Shown here piece after piece: positions 19,176 through 28,371 of a DNA stretch of 43,424 nt. Each line of letters opens with the position of its first letter. Positions within the stretch are counted from its first letter, which is position 1. The stretch covers positions 1 to 43,424 of the forward strand of contig JBKHJL010000004.1 in NCBI GenBank assembly GCA_046538155.1, in the 5' to 3' direction. A program made the translations under genes and the position numbers. The notes below the pieces were generated by a model. The model was not told the DNA's origin. It saw only the letters and a list, made by a program, of their open reading frames with translations, and did not search any database. Source of the DNA: Candidatus Micrarchaeia archaeon (GTDB lineage: Archaea; Micrarchaeota; Micrarchaeia; Anstonellales; Bilamarchaeaceae).

Positions 19176-19484
19176 CTACCACCACCTGCGGCGCCTGCCC
19201 ATTCCACGTCCTCCACGCCTGTGGCCGCAGGGACCGGGGCGGAATTCCTCCTCAAGCTTATCCACATATATCTGGCCTGCCATCTCCCTGCTAACCGCTA
19301 CCCGGCAGCAACCCTTTATCTGGACAACCATCAGGCCAGCCATTCCCTTGTTTATTACAGTAATTATAGAACCAGGGTCAAAGCCCATTTCTGTGAGGTG
19401 CCTGCGCAGCTGGGGCTCTGCATCTATCTTTACCACAATTCCGCTTTCACGTTCATTTAGTGCCCTGAGTGAAACTTTTGCCAT
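19176..19484 (-). CDS. feoA: FeoA with a Gly/Arg-rich C-terminal tail
   Basis: RRHLTEMGFDPGSIITV SH3-like motif; first gene of the feo operon. Confidence 0.9.
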   Translation of the reverse strand: MAKVSLRALNERESGIVVKIDAEPQLRRHLTEMGFDPGSIITVINKGMAGLMVVQIKGCCRVAVSREMAGQIYVDKLEEEFRPGPCGHRRGGRGMGRRRRWW

Positions 19485-19515
19485 TGGCCGCCTCCTTTCT
19501 GGAAAAGTATTTTAC

Positions 19516-19620
19516 TTAGGCAAATTTAATTATTTGCCAAACTAATTTAGGGGAAGGGGAAAAACCCTAAACCTTCTTCAGGAAAGATAAGGATAGTTTA
19601 AAAAAGTTTGGTTGCCCAAA
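19516..19620. promoter_or_regulatory. Candidate DtxR/MntR operator palindromes in the divergent feoA/regulator promoter
   Basis: TTAGGCAAATTTAA (19516-19529), inverted repeat GGCAAAT-N6-ATTTGCC (19519-19538) and TTTGG-TTGC-CCAAA (19607-19620) resemble the TTAGG-N4-CCTAA DtxR box. Confidence 0.65.
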
Positions 19621-19627
19621 AAGAAAC

Positions 19628-20101
19628 ATGCTCAGCCAGAAAGCAGAGGACTATTTAGAGGCAATACTGATTATTGTTGAGAAAAGGGGATACGCGAGGC
19701 CCAGGGACATTGCAAAAAAGCTCGGAGTAAAGCCGCCAAGCGTAACAGAGATGCTTCTGAAGCTCTCCGAAACAGGATATATTGAATACGAAAAATACGG
19801 GGAAGCTGTGCTTACGGCACAGGGAATGGCAGAAGCAAGCAAGGTGAAAAAAAGGCATGAAATTTTTGAAAAACTGCTTAAGATGCTTCTGGTGCCCCGG
19901 GAAATAGCAGAAAGGGATGCCTGCATACTGGAGCATAACCTGCACCACAAAACAAACGAACAGATTTCCAGGTTTGTAGAATTTGTAGGGTTTTTTGAAG
20001 GGGGACCGGTATTTCTGGAGCACTTCAAAGAGTATTCAGAAAATGGGAAAACCCCTAAAAAGTGCAAAAAAATGGGAAAACAATTAAAGAGTAGGGGTTG
20101 A
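19628..20101 (+). CDS. DtxR/MntR-family metal-dependent transcriptional regulator
   Basis: Motifs EDYLEAI, VKPPSVTEML, RHEIFE and DACILEH. Confidence 0.93.
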   Translation: MLSQKAEDYLEAILIIVEKRGYARPRDIAKKLGVKPPSVTEMLLKLSETGYIEYEKYGEAVLTAQGMAEASKVKKRHEIFEKLLKMLLVPREIAERDACILEHNLHHKTNEQISRFVEFVGFFEGGPVFLEHFKEYSENGKTPKKCKKMGKQLKSRG

Positions 20102-20218
20102 AACCTGCCTGGTGGGGCAGCTCTGATTGTTTTCCTGTTCTGCTTGCCTGCAGGATGTGCAGAAAACAATGAAGGCAAGGAAGTTGCCCCGGAAGAGAAT
20201 TATGAAGAAGGTGAAAAA

Positions 20219-20755
20219 ATGGGAAAAAAGATATTGATGATAATCCCTGCGGAAAAATACAGGGACGAGGAGCTGGAAATTCCAAAAAAATATTTTGAAA
20301 GTGGGGGCCTGGAAACTACTATTGCAAGCACCAGGGCAGGAGAGTGCTCCGGAATGATGGGGGGAACTGCCACTGCGGAAAAATCCCTGGAGGAAGTGAA
20401 GGTAAGCGAATACGATGCCGTTGCATTCATCGGAGGGACTGGAACTCCTTCCCTAAGAAGCAACGAGAGAGCACTGGAAATAGCCCGGGAAACAAAAAAG
20501 CAGGGGAAAGTGCTGGGGGCGCTCTGCTGGGCTCCAACAACACTTGCAAAAGCAGGGGTGCTTGAAGGGAAAAAAGCCACTGTATGGTTTGGGGACGACC
20601 CTGAATATGGAATGAAAACAGACAAGGTGCTTGAAAAATACGGAGCCACATATACAGGAGAAGGATACGCTGTGGATGGAAACATAGTAACAGCGGACGG
20701 GCCGGACAATGCAGAAAACTTTGCAAGGGAAATCGTGAAGGCACTCAATCAATAG
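20219..20755 (+). CDS. DJ-1/PfpI family protein
   Basis: Motifs YRDEE, YDAVAFIGG, GALCWAP (catalytic Cys) and VTADGP; GGTGA SD before ATG 20219. Confidence 0.92.
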   Translation: MGKKILMIIPAEKYRDEELEIPKKYFESGGLETTIASTRAGECSGMMGGTATAEKSLEEVKVSEYDAVAFIGGTGTPSLRSNERALEIARETKKQGKVLGALCWAPTTLAKAGVLEGKKATVWFGDDPEYGMKTDKVLEKYGATYTGEGYAVDGNIVTADGPDNAENFAREIVKALNQ

Positions 20756-20776
20756 TATTTAATTAATTGTACCTGA

Positions 20777-21637
20777 ATGAGAACCATGGCAATTTCCAGC
20801 AGCATAAAAAAAGGAATCGGGCTTACCGGCAGAGTTTTTGAGGAAAGCCTGGATTTCGTAAACAACCAGCTGGCAAAGCTGTTCTTCTACATCATTGTAA
20901 GCATGGTTGTTTCCATCACAGGAATAGGGATAGGGGTGCTTGTAGGGGCAGGGATTGCCCTGTTTCTGGAGGGATATATCGGGTTGCTTGGTGCCGTAAT
21001 AATTGCTGCGATACCTGCACTGGCCATCTCAATCGCCGGGCTCAGCTACGGAGTGGCTTCTCTTTTCGGAGGGATGCAATACATATACAGCAGAAAAGAG
21101 GGGGGGTATTTTGAAGAGGAGAACGTGCAGGTGGCATTCAGGTACATCCTGTTCATAACAGGCATAGAAATTGTTTTGTTTGGGATTATTGGGGGGGCTA
21201 TAGGTTTGGGAACCGTTTATCCTGCATTCTATGCAGTGGGGATTGGGCTGGCCTTCCTGCTTTACCTGCTTGTTTTCCCGGCATCGGTTGTGCTGTCAAT
21301 AATACTCTATTATTATATGCCAGAAATGGCGATTAAAAAAACAGGCCCTGTGGAATCCATATGGGGCTCATGCCGCCTTGTCAAGAAAAATTTCTGGGAA
21401 ACCCTTGTTTTCATAATTGCAGTGTATATTGTTATGAGCATAATTACCGGGATAGGATACCTTCTCTTTTTCATACTGAGCTACCTTGGGGTATTCGGTT
21501 CGATAATCAATCCGCTTTTCCTGGCAATTGCGGTTGGCGGGCTGCTTGTGCTGGTGAGCTTTGTGCTGGTGATTTATGCCGCTTCCCTGGTTCTGCAGAT
21601 TAAGTTTTACAAAAAAATTAATGAGAGGACGGCGTGA
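20777..21637 (+). CDS. Multi-pass membrane protein (paralog 1)
   Basis: About 6 TM segments; motif GPVESIWGSCRLVKKNFWET. Confidence 0.85.
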   Translation: MRTMAISSSIKKGIGLTGRVFEESLDFVNNQLAKLFFYIIVSMVVSITGIGIGVLVGAGIALFLEGYIGLLGAVIIAAIPALAISIAGLSYGVASLFGGMQYIYSRKEGGYFEEENVQVAFRYILFITGIEIVLFGIIGGAIGLGTVYPAFYAVGIGLAFLLYLLVFPASVVLSIILYYYMPEMAIKKTGPVESIWGSCRLVKKNFWETLVFIIAVYIVMSIITGIGYLLFFILSYLGVFGSIINPLFLAIAVGGLLVLVSFVLVIYAASLVLQIKFYKKINERTA

Positions 21638-22488
21638 AAATGGGTTTTTTGGAATCTATAAAGAAAGGAATGAGTTTGTTCGGAGACAGCCTCGGTGAAA
21701 CAATTGAAACTCCAAAAAAAAGGTTTATGCAGGTTGTGATGTATCTGCTGGTGGGGACGATAGTTAGCCTGGCCGGATGGATTATAGGGGGGATACTGGG
21801 GATTGGAGCATACTATGTTCTGGGAGATATTGGGGGCAGAACGGTAGCTGTGGCAATCGGCGCGCTTCTTGCGCTTATCCCGATATTTGCTTCTGCGGTG
21901 TATTCGTTTTCCACAAGCCTTGGCGCAAACCAGTACATCTATTTTGGTAAAAAAGTGGATTATTTTGAAAAAGAAAATGTATCCCTTGCATTTCGCTGGA
22001 TACTCTTCTGGTTCGGGGTGTTGATTGCACTCATCGTATTAATAGCAGGAATATTTGCCGTCCCGATTGGAGGGACTATAGCCGGATTTGCCATGATGGT
22101 GCTGGTGGTGGCCATGGTGGTGGCCGCGGTTATAGGCATATTCGCGGCGGGCCTTGTGCTTTATTATGTCACACAGGAAATTGCCATGGGAAAACTGGGC
22201 CCGGTAGATGCAATAAAAGGCTCGTTTGATGTAATGAAAAGGAATTTCTGGGAAACAATCGTATTTGCAGTACTAATCGCAATACTCATGATGTTATTTC
22301 AGTTGATTCTGAGACTAATTGGGTATGGAGTGGGCCTGGCCGGGATGATAAACCCGGTTTTGCTGTTCATACTGCTTATTATCTTCCTGTTATTCAGCCT
22401 TGTGGCTGGGCTGGTTGTAGAATCCGCAGCAACAATCCTGAAAGTGAGATTCTATAAAAAAATAGCTAAAAGGAAGAGAGCCTCTTAA
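21634..22488 (+). CDS. Multi-pass membrane protein (paralog 2)
   Basis: Shares SIKKG, QYIY, YFE.ENV..AFR, NFWET, INP and KFYKKI-like motifs with the upstream gene. Confidence 0.85.
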   Translation: MKMGFLESIKKGMSLFGDSLGETIETPKKRFMQVVMYLLVGTIVSLAGWIIGGILGIGAYYVLGDIGGRTVAVAIGALLALIPIFASAVYSFSTSLGANQYIYFGKKVDYFEKENVSLAFRWILFWFGVLIALIVLIAGIFAVPIGGTIAGFAMMVLVVAMVVAAVIGIFAAGLVLYYVTQEIAMGKLGPVDAIKGSFDVMKRNFWETIVFAVLIAILMMLFQLILRLIGYGVGLAGMINPVLLFILLIIFLLFSLVAGLVVESAATILKVRFYKKIAKRKRAS

Positions 22489-23398
22489 TCCGCCCCTCTA
22501 TTGGAGGATGTGTAGCGAACATCCCTGCAACTTTTTTCCCTATGGGGTCTGCAAAATACATTGGGGCAGTTGTTTCGGTTGCCCTTTTTACCGGGCGGTA
22601 ATTGTCACGTATTTTTATGAGGGCGTTCTTAAGCCCGTCAGGATAGCGGGTAAGCCTTGCCGCAGTTGCATCTGCAAGATACTCTCGCTGGCGTGAGATT
22701 GCAAATCGGACGAGAATTGCGATTATCGGGGCAAGTATGGCAAGAACCAGGCCGAGAATCATTATCATTCCTGAGCCGCTGTCCCTTCTTCCCCTTGCAC
22801 CCCCCCAGATGAAAGTTCGGAGGATTATTTCTGAGAGGAAGCCTACCAACCCGACCATCACAACAGTAAGCATCATAAACCGTATATCAAAATTTGCTAT
22901 ATGGGATATCTCATGGGCGATTACCCCCTCAAGCTCCTGCCTGTTCATCTTGTCTAAGAGCCCGCGGGTTACTACTATTGCAGCATGGTCCGGGTCCCGG
23001 CCTGTGGCAAACGCATTCAGGGCCTTGTCCTCAATTATGTAAACCTTTGGTTTGGGAATCTGTGCGGCCAGGGCAAGGCCGCCCACGAGATGAAAAAGAT
23101 ATGGATTGTCTTTCTTCTTCAGGGGCTTTGCCCCGCTCAGGGCAAGGACCACCTTTGAGCCCATGTAATATGAAAAAATCGCGTAAATTGAACCGATTAA
23201 AAGGCCGAGGAATAAACCATAATAGCCTATACCCCAGATATAGCCAAGCACCAGGCAGAGGACCAGCACAATTGCAGTGACTCCACCCATAAGCAGGAGT
23301 GAATTTCTTTTGTTCTCATTTATCGCGTCAAAGAAACTCCTGCCGGGGTCCTTGGGAATGTAGGGTGGAGGTGAATGCTCCGAAGGGGTCTTTTCCAT
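22466..23398 (-). CDS. htpX: HtpX-like M48 zinc metalloprotease
   Basis: Motifs NAFATG, HEISH, SRQREYLAD and THPPIEGRI. Confidence 0.93.
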   Translation of the reverse strand: MEKTPSEHSPPPYIPKDPGRSFFDAINENKRNSLLLMGGVTAIVLVLCLVLGYIWGIGYYGLFLGLLIGSIYAIFSYYMGSKVVLALSGAKPLKKKDNPYLFHLVGGLALAAQIPKPKVYIIEDKALNAFATGRDPDHAAIVVTRGLLDKMNRQELEGVIAHEISHIANFDIRFMMLTVVMVGLVGFLSEIILRTFIWGGARGRRDSGSGMIMILGLVLAILAPIIAILVRFAISRQREYLADATAARLTRYPDGLKNALIKIRDNYRPVKRATETTAPMYFADPIGKKVAGMFATHPPIEGRIKRLSSF

Positions 23399-23408
23399 GG
23401 CCCACAAC

Positions 23409-23984
23409 TCAGAACTCTACATTAGGCGTTTTCTTCTCTTCTTCCGAAACCTCAAAATACTGCCTCTTCTTGTGCCCCAGCACTCCGGCCAGCACAACGT
23501 AAGGGAGCACTTCCTGGGTGTTGTTGTAGTGGTACACTGAATCATTGTAGGCTGTTCTTGCATACGCTATCTTATTCTCTATTCCGGAAAGCTCTTCCTG
23601 GAGCATCATAAAATTCTGGCTTGCCTTGAGGTCAGGGTAGTTTTCAGCTACCGCAAAAAGCGATTTCAGGGCATCGGTAAGGTTTCCGCTTGCCTTTGCC
23701 TTTGACTCAACTGTCCCTGCGGCCATCATCTGGGCACGGGCTTTTGTTACGTTTTCAAAAAGCTGCTTTTCGTGCTTAGCATAGCCCTTTACTGTATTGA
23801 TAAGATTCGGGACAAGGTCGTTCCTCTTCTTCAACTGGACATCTATCTGGGCCCATGCATTATCTGCCCTGTTCTTCAGGGTTACCAGCCGGTTGTAAAC
23901 ATAGAAAAATACCCCGGCAACGATAACTGCTCCGCCAAGGAGCAGGGCTCCGATGCAAATGCTTCCTCCTGATGCTAATGTCAT
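23409..23984 (-). CDS. lemA: LemA family protein
   Basis: Motifs AWAQIDVQLKKRNDLVPNL and AVAENYPDLKAS. Confidence 0.95.
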   Translation of the reverse strand: MTLASGGSICIGALLLGGAVIVAGVFFYVYNRLVTLKNRADNAWAQIDVQLKKRNDLVPNLINTVKGYAKHEKQLFENVTKARAQMMAAGTVESKAKASGNLTDALKSLFAVAENYPDLKASQNFMMLQEELSGIENKIAYARTAYNDSVYHYNNTQEVLPYVVLAGVLGHKKRQYFEVSEEEKKTPNVEF

Positions 23985-23996
23985 GGCAAAATAATA

Positions 23997-24329
23997 TCAT
24001 GAGGTACTTTTAACCTTATCCTTTCTCTGGAGAGAAGCAAGAGTCCCCCCTGTTCTCCGGGCTATGGGGCGGGCAGGCTTGTCGCCTATCCCTGCTATCA
24101 GGGCAAGCATGCCAAGCACCTCATTTGCAGAATCCCTGTCACAGAGGATTATGCCCCTGCCCACTTCAAACTCTATCAACTTTACTGTGCGGCGGGAAAG
24201 CCCGTATTCACCAAAAAAAGCGAGAGAATGGAGGTAAATTGAGCGGGAAACCTCCTCTTCACTGAAATCTCCCTTTAAATCAAAAAGAATGTAGCGTTTC
24301 TTCAGGCGGTGGGCCGGCTTTACTGCCAT
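23997..24329 (-). CDS. rnp2: RNase P protein component Pop5/Rpp14
   Basis: Motifs KKRYILF, FFGEYG, GIILCDR and TGGTL. Confidence 0.85.
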   Translation of the reverse strand: MAVKPAHRLKKRYILFDLKGDFSEEEVSRSIYLHSLAFFGEYGLSRRTVKLIEFEVGRGIILCDRDSANEVLGMLALIAGIGDKPARPIARRTGGTLASLQRKDKVKSTS

Positions 24330-24426
24330 GAGCAGATTAAAGTAAGGAATTGTTTAAAATGGTGGCCAGGGATTGTAACCATGGTTACATAAAACCCTAT
24401 TTAACCTTTCTGCCCATTAAAAAAAC

Positions 24427-24867
24427 ATGGCAGAAAAAATCCTGATACTGTCCGGAAGCAAGAGCGACGAAAAAATCGTGAAGAAGATAACTGAGGTGCT
24501 GGATGAGTTTGGCGTGGAATACAAATATGAAATTGCATCCGCACACAGGAATCCTGAAAAGGTTGAAAAAATCGTGAAGGGAACGTTTGCAGATGCAATA
24601 ATTGCTGTTGCCGGGCTTTCCGCGGCCCTTCCCGGGGTTGCCGCGTCCCATACTCTGTGCCCTGTAATCGGGGTTCCGGTTTCTGCAAAGCTTGAAGGGA
24701 TGGACTCGCTGCTGAGTATAGCCCAGATGCCTCCGGGAATACCTGTTGCAACGGTCGGAATAGACAATGGAAAGAATGCTGCATTGCTTGCACTGCAGAT
24801 TCTTGCGCTGCAGGATAAAAAAATTGAAGAAAAACTGCTGGCCTACCGGGAAAAGATGAAAGGCTGA
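24427..24867 (+). CDS. purE: N5-CAIR mutase / AIR carboxylase
   Basis: Motifs GSKSD, SAHRNP, AGLSAALPG and QMPPGIPVATVGIDN. Confidence 0.96.
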   Translation: MAEKILILSGSKSDEKIVKKITEVLDEFGVEYKYEIASAHRNPEKVEKIVKGTFADAIIAVAGLSAALPGVAASHTLCPVIGVPVSAKLEGMDSLLSIAQMPPGIPVATVGIDNGKNAALLALQILALQDKKIEEKLLAYREKMKG

Positions 24868-24893
24868 GCCTGATAAAATAAAAAAATAGAGGA

Positions 24894-26309
24894 TTACTCC
24901 TCAGCCGGAGTGAGCACCCAGCCCTTTATTCCCTCTTCATTAGTGAAAATTGAAACATCATATTCTTTTGTGCCAATCTTCACTGTAGAACCTTCGGAAA
25001 GGGCCATAGTGTCATCTTCCCTGTAAACAGCCGCATCAACTTTATAGTTGAGCATATCCCAGACAACATCTCCGTACTTCAGCATAAATGACTCAACAAG
25101 CTGGTTCTGTTCGTCATAGATTCTTATTTTCAGCGTCTTATCTCCATATTGTTCCACGGAAATCTGGTTTTCTTCATCTATTCCCGGGTACTGGAATGCA
25201 AATTCCGGAAGGTTCCCAAACCCTTTGCCCATAAAATGGACTGTCAGGTCTCCAGCAGTCATTGATTCATAAACCCAGAGTGTTCCGTGGTTAAGGTCAT
25301 CCACGATTTCCACCATGGGCTGCTCTGCATCAATATCCAATACAAGATGCTCCTTGCCTCTCAGTTCCACAAACGATAATTCAGAAGACGGAATGCTGGA
25401 AAGGGAAACCGGAGCATTCATGTCCTGGGGAGAAACAAAGCTGGTGGACTCATACACAAATTCCTGTTCTGTTCCCGGGCACTCCTGGTCCTCTCCTGTG
25501 TCAACATCAGGAATAAACCCGTGGGTGTGTATCATCTCCCTGGTCCTCTGAACAACTGATGCGTTTACTTCAGAAAATTCAGGAACTGAGAGGTTTCCGT
25601 TATCCACGTAGTCACAGTGCATGAATCCATCTTCATGGTCTGTGGTGAAATGGGCTGCGTCCACGCCGTCTGCAAAACGGTAAACTCCGCATAGGGTTAT
25701 GGTCTGTTCTTCTCCTCCAAAAGTAACGGTAATGCTGGGGTTCCCGTCAAGGGAAAGCAGGGCATACCCAGAGATATCACCCTCCTCAACTACTTCACCC
25801 TCGGTGTTCACAAGCTCAAAATCCTCATTGATAAACCTCACTTCTGCGAATTGTCCGCTGAAACTCATATCAACAATAGTCATCCAGTGCCCTACCGGAC
25901 CAAGCAGGGTTTTTTCATTATGGCCAAGAACTGCTTCATAGTCTGCTTCTCCGGTCCCACACTCCGGCCCTGCTGTTCCTGTATCCGTATCCCATCCAGT
26001 ATCAGTATCCCCAGTAATTGTTTCTGTGTCTGTATCCTTTCCTGCATCTGGCCCTGTGTCCTTCAGGCCGCCTCCAGTTGTGCACGCGGAAACTCCCAGG
26101 TTCACTCCTGCTGCAAAAAACAATGCTGTTGCTCCTCTTGCTACTGCTCCCAACTTCCTTCCGGAATATTGGGCACCTTCTTCAGAAATATTCGCATTCA
26201 GTTTCTTTCCGTGCCTTCCTGCAGAGTTACGGTCTGCATGCCTTCCTGCCGGGTGCCTGCCTTTCGGCTCATCCTTCATGTTCATTAAATTAGGTTTGTT
26301 TTCACCCAT
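24894..26309 (-). CDS. Hypothetical exported/anchored protein
   Basis: Basic leader of about 55 aa, hydrophobic segment ending VSAC, D/T/G-rich linker, acidic beta-rich body. Confidence 0.8.
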   Translation of the reverse strand: MGENKPNLMNMKDEPKGRHPAGRHADRNSAGRHGKKLNANISEEGAQYSGRKLGAVARGATALFFAAGVNLGVSACTTGGGLKDTGPDAGKDTDTETITGDTDTGWDTDTGTAGPECGTGEADYEAVLGHNEKTLLGPVGHWMTIVDMSFSGQFAEVRFINEDFELVNTEGEVVEEGDISGYALLSLDGNPSITVTFGGEEQTITLCGVYRFADGVDAAHFTTDHEDGFMHCDYVDNGNLSVPEFSEVNASVVQRTREMIHTHGFIPDVDTGEDQECPGTEQEFVYESTSFVSPQDMNAPVSLSSIPSSELSFVELRGKEHLVLDIDAEQPMVEIVDDLNHGTLWVYESMTAGDLTVHFMGKGFGNLPEFAFQYPGIDEENQISVEQYGDKTLKIRIYDEQNQLVESFMLKYGDVVWDMLNYKVDAAVYREDDTMALSEGSTVKIGTKEYDVSIFTNEEGIKGWVLTPAEE

Positions 26310-26452
26310 ACAAATTCACCATAATTAGCATATATCTATATCCAGAAAAGTTTATAAACAGCAGTTATTTTTGTAGGATTAAAATGAGCACACAAACACC
26401 TAAAAAAACATCAATCAGTAAACCCTTTATTCCTGCTCCCGCATAAAGAGAC

Positions 26453-27037
26453 ATGGCAAAGAGCAAAAGAATGGACCTGGGGTTCCCGCCTCTCCTGTCC
26501 GGAATGAAACGGGGGCCTGCAGTTATGATTCCAAAAGATATCGGCATGGTTATTTCCTATACTGGAATCGGCAAGAAAGGCAGGGTTCTGGAAGCGGGTG
26601 CAGGTTCCGGTTTTTCAACCATAGTACTGGCAAATATATGCAAGGAGGTCGTTTCTTACGAGAGAAAGGAGGAATTTGCGAAAATTGCGGAAGGAAACGT
26701 GAAAAAGGCAGGGCTAAAGAATGTGAAAATCAAACGAAAGGATATACTGGAGGGGGTCCGGGAAAAAAACATGGACCTGGTGCTGCTGGACATGCCTGAA
26801 GCAGAAAAGGCAGTTCCACTCGCCTACAAAGCACTGGGGAAGGAAGGACAACTTGTTGGATTCCTTCCCAATTCAGAACAGGCAAAAGAATTCTATTTCA
26901 GGTGCGGAGAATCCGGATTCAAAACCGTTTTTATGCTTGAGAACATGGTGAGGGAGTATGAAGTGCGGCCATATGGGATGAGACCAAAAAATATAGGACT
27001 CACTCATACTGCATACCTGGTTTTTGCCCGCAAGTGA
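26453..27037 (+). CDS. trmI: tRNA (adenine-N1, A57/58)-methyltransferase, short form
   Basis: Motifs KRGPAVMIPKD, VLEAGAGSG, LLDMP and RP...GLTHTAYL. Confidence 0.88.
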   Translation: MAKSKRMDLGFPPLLSGMKRGPAVMIPKDIGMVISYTGIGKKGRVLEAGAGSGFSTIVLANICKEVVSYERKEEFAKIAEGNVKKAGLKNVKIKRKDILEGVREKNMDLVLLDMPEAEKAVPLAYKALGKEGQLVGFLPNSEQAKEFYFRCGESGFKTVFMLENMVREYEVRPYGMRPKNIGLTHTAYLVFARK

Positions 27038-27080
27038 GTAAAGGAAGTTATATAAACATATTGTCCCATAAATAAGCACT

Positions 27081-27941
27081 ATGGGCAAACTAATCCATGT
27101 AGACTTTCCATCTCAAAGGCGGAATGGAGAGAGGATGCGGAGTGCCAAACCGCGGCCCGCTCCAATAAGGAAAGCGGGAAATAACGCCACACTGCCAATG
27201 ATTCAGAGATATCTAGAAAATGCCGGGAGAGCAAACAATACTCTGTGCGCATTCCAAAACGGGCAGGGCCCCCGGAATTCAAAGGCCAGTGGGCAGAGAT
27301 ACTCAAAAATGGAAATCCTGGAACGGCTGGAATCTATATCAAAAGACCCGCATCTGCAAAAAAAAGAGCGGTGGAAGCTTAATGCATTTTTAAGCGGGCT
27401 CAGGGTTCTCTGTCCCACCCAAACAGAACTGGGCCAGATTCCCAAAAGAGAAAAAATTGCAAAGGCAAACAGCCTGTTGAGCAAAACCAACAAGTATGTT
27501 GAAGGCATTTGCCACAGGCTGCGTGTTGTGGAGAGGAATGTGGAGGAATTTGAGGAGATTATGAAAAAGATATTTTGTTTGCAGGAGGAACTTGGGCAAT
27601 TGGACAGCACTATAGGGAAATTGATCAAGGGTGCGGGAGAAGTGGGAAGAATAGATGACCCGAGATTGAGAAATGCGTTAGCGGATTATTACCATGAACT
27701 CATGAACAGGAAACCTGATATAGACTTGCTGAGGGATTCCTGTAATGAGCGATTACGTTTTTTTATGCACGGACAAAAAAAGGTAAGGATTAACAGTTCA
27801 CGGGTGGCTGGCAGCCCGGAGCGCAATCAGGACCTGGTCCAGGCAATTTCCCTTCACCAGGCATACTCCGTGAGATTGGAACGGCTTGTGGTACTCGGGA
27901 AAAAAATCCGCGAAGCCATGGTTCGGGAAGGGGAGGCCTGA
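27081..27941 (+). CDS. Hypothetical basic coiled-coil protein
   Basis: 286-aa ORF with an upstream TATA (ttatataaa) spaced for a leaderless start; no known motif. Confidence 0.7.
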   Translation: MGKLIHVDFPSQRRNGERMRSAKPRPAPIRKAGNNATLPMIQRYLENAGRANNTLCAFQNGQGPRNSKASGQRYSKMEILERLESISKDPHLQKKERWKLNAFLSGLRVLCPTQTELGQIPKREKIAKANSLLSKTNKYVEGICHRLRVVERNVEEFEEIMKKIFCLQEELGQLDSTIGKLIKGAGEVGRIDDPRLRNALADYYHELMNRKPDIDLLRDSCNERLRFFMHGQKKVRINSSRVAGSPERNQDLVQAISLHQAYSVRLERLVVLGKKIREAMVREGEA

Positions 27942-27988
27942 ACACACAACCTTTTAAGGAGTTTCGCCTCATTATTTTTCAACTTTTC

Positions 27989-28147
27989 GGGCTTATAGCT
28001 CAGTAGTAGAGCGCTCGCCTTGCAACAGGTGTCCGCCCTTCCGTCTTGTTTCCCCGCGCACCCCCCCGTGCGCTCCCTCCAACAAGACGGGGTAAAGGGC
28101 ATCTGCAAGAACGCGAGAGGCCGGGGGTGCGAATCCCCCTAAGTCCA
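27989..28147 (+). tRNA. tRNA-Ala(TGC) with an 87-nt intron (28025-28111) at position 37/38
   Basis: Acceptor GGGCTTA/TAAGTCC with G3:U70 and A73; anticodon stem CTCGC/GCGAG; strict BHB (CUUG:CAAG helix with two 3-nt bulges). Confidence 0.92.
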
Positions 28148-28371
28148 TCTATTTTTTCCTGGTTTTACTCTAAGCAAAAACCAGAACTGCAATTGCAAAC
28201 CCATGTTAAGCGGCTTTGCCGCCTGAACTTTATAATTTCAAAAAACACCGTTTTGTATTGCCTTCCCGTTTTTGCTGCTAGTCTATACGGGTATTTTTGT
28301 TTTGGGCTGAAACTAGTTATGTTTATAAAGGCAAATGAACGTAAAGAATACCAACCCCCTCAGATTAACGC

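Noticed and set aside
20099..20101. Stop-codon readthrough fusing the DtxR regulator to PfpI (same frame)
   Set aside because: TGA is a normal stop in many genes here, both domains are complete alone, and a single-base frameshift explains the intervening sequence better.
28025..28111. C/D-box guide RNA in the tRNA-Ala intron
   Set aside because: No RUGAUGA or CUGA boxes are present.
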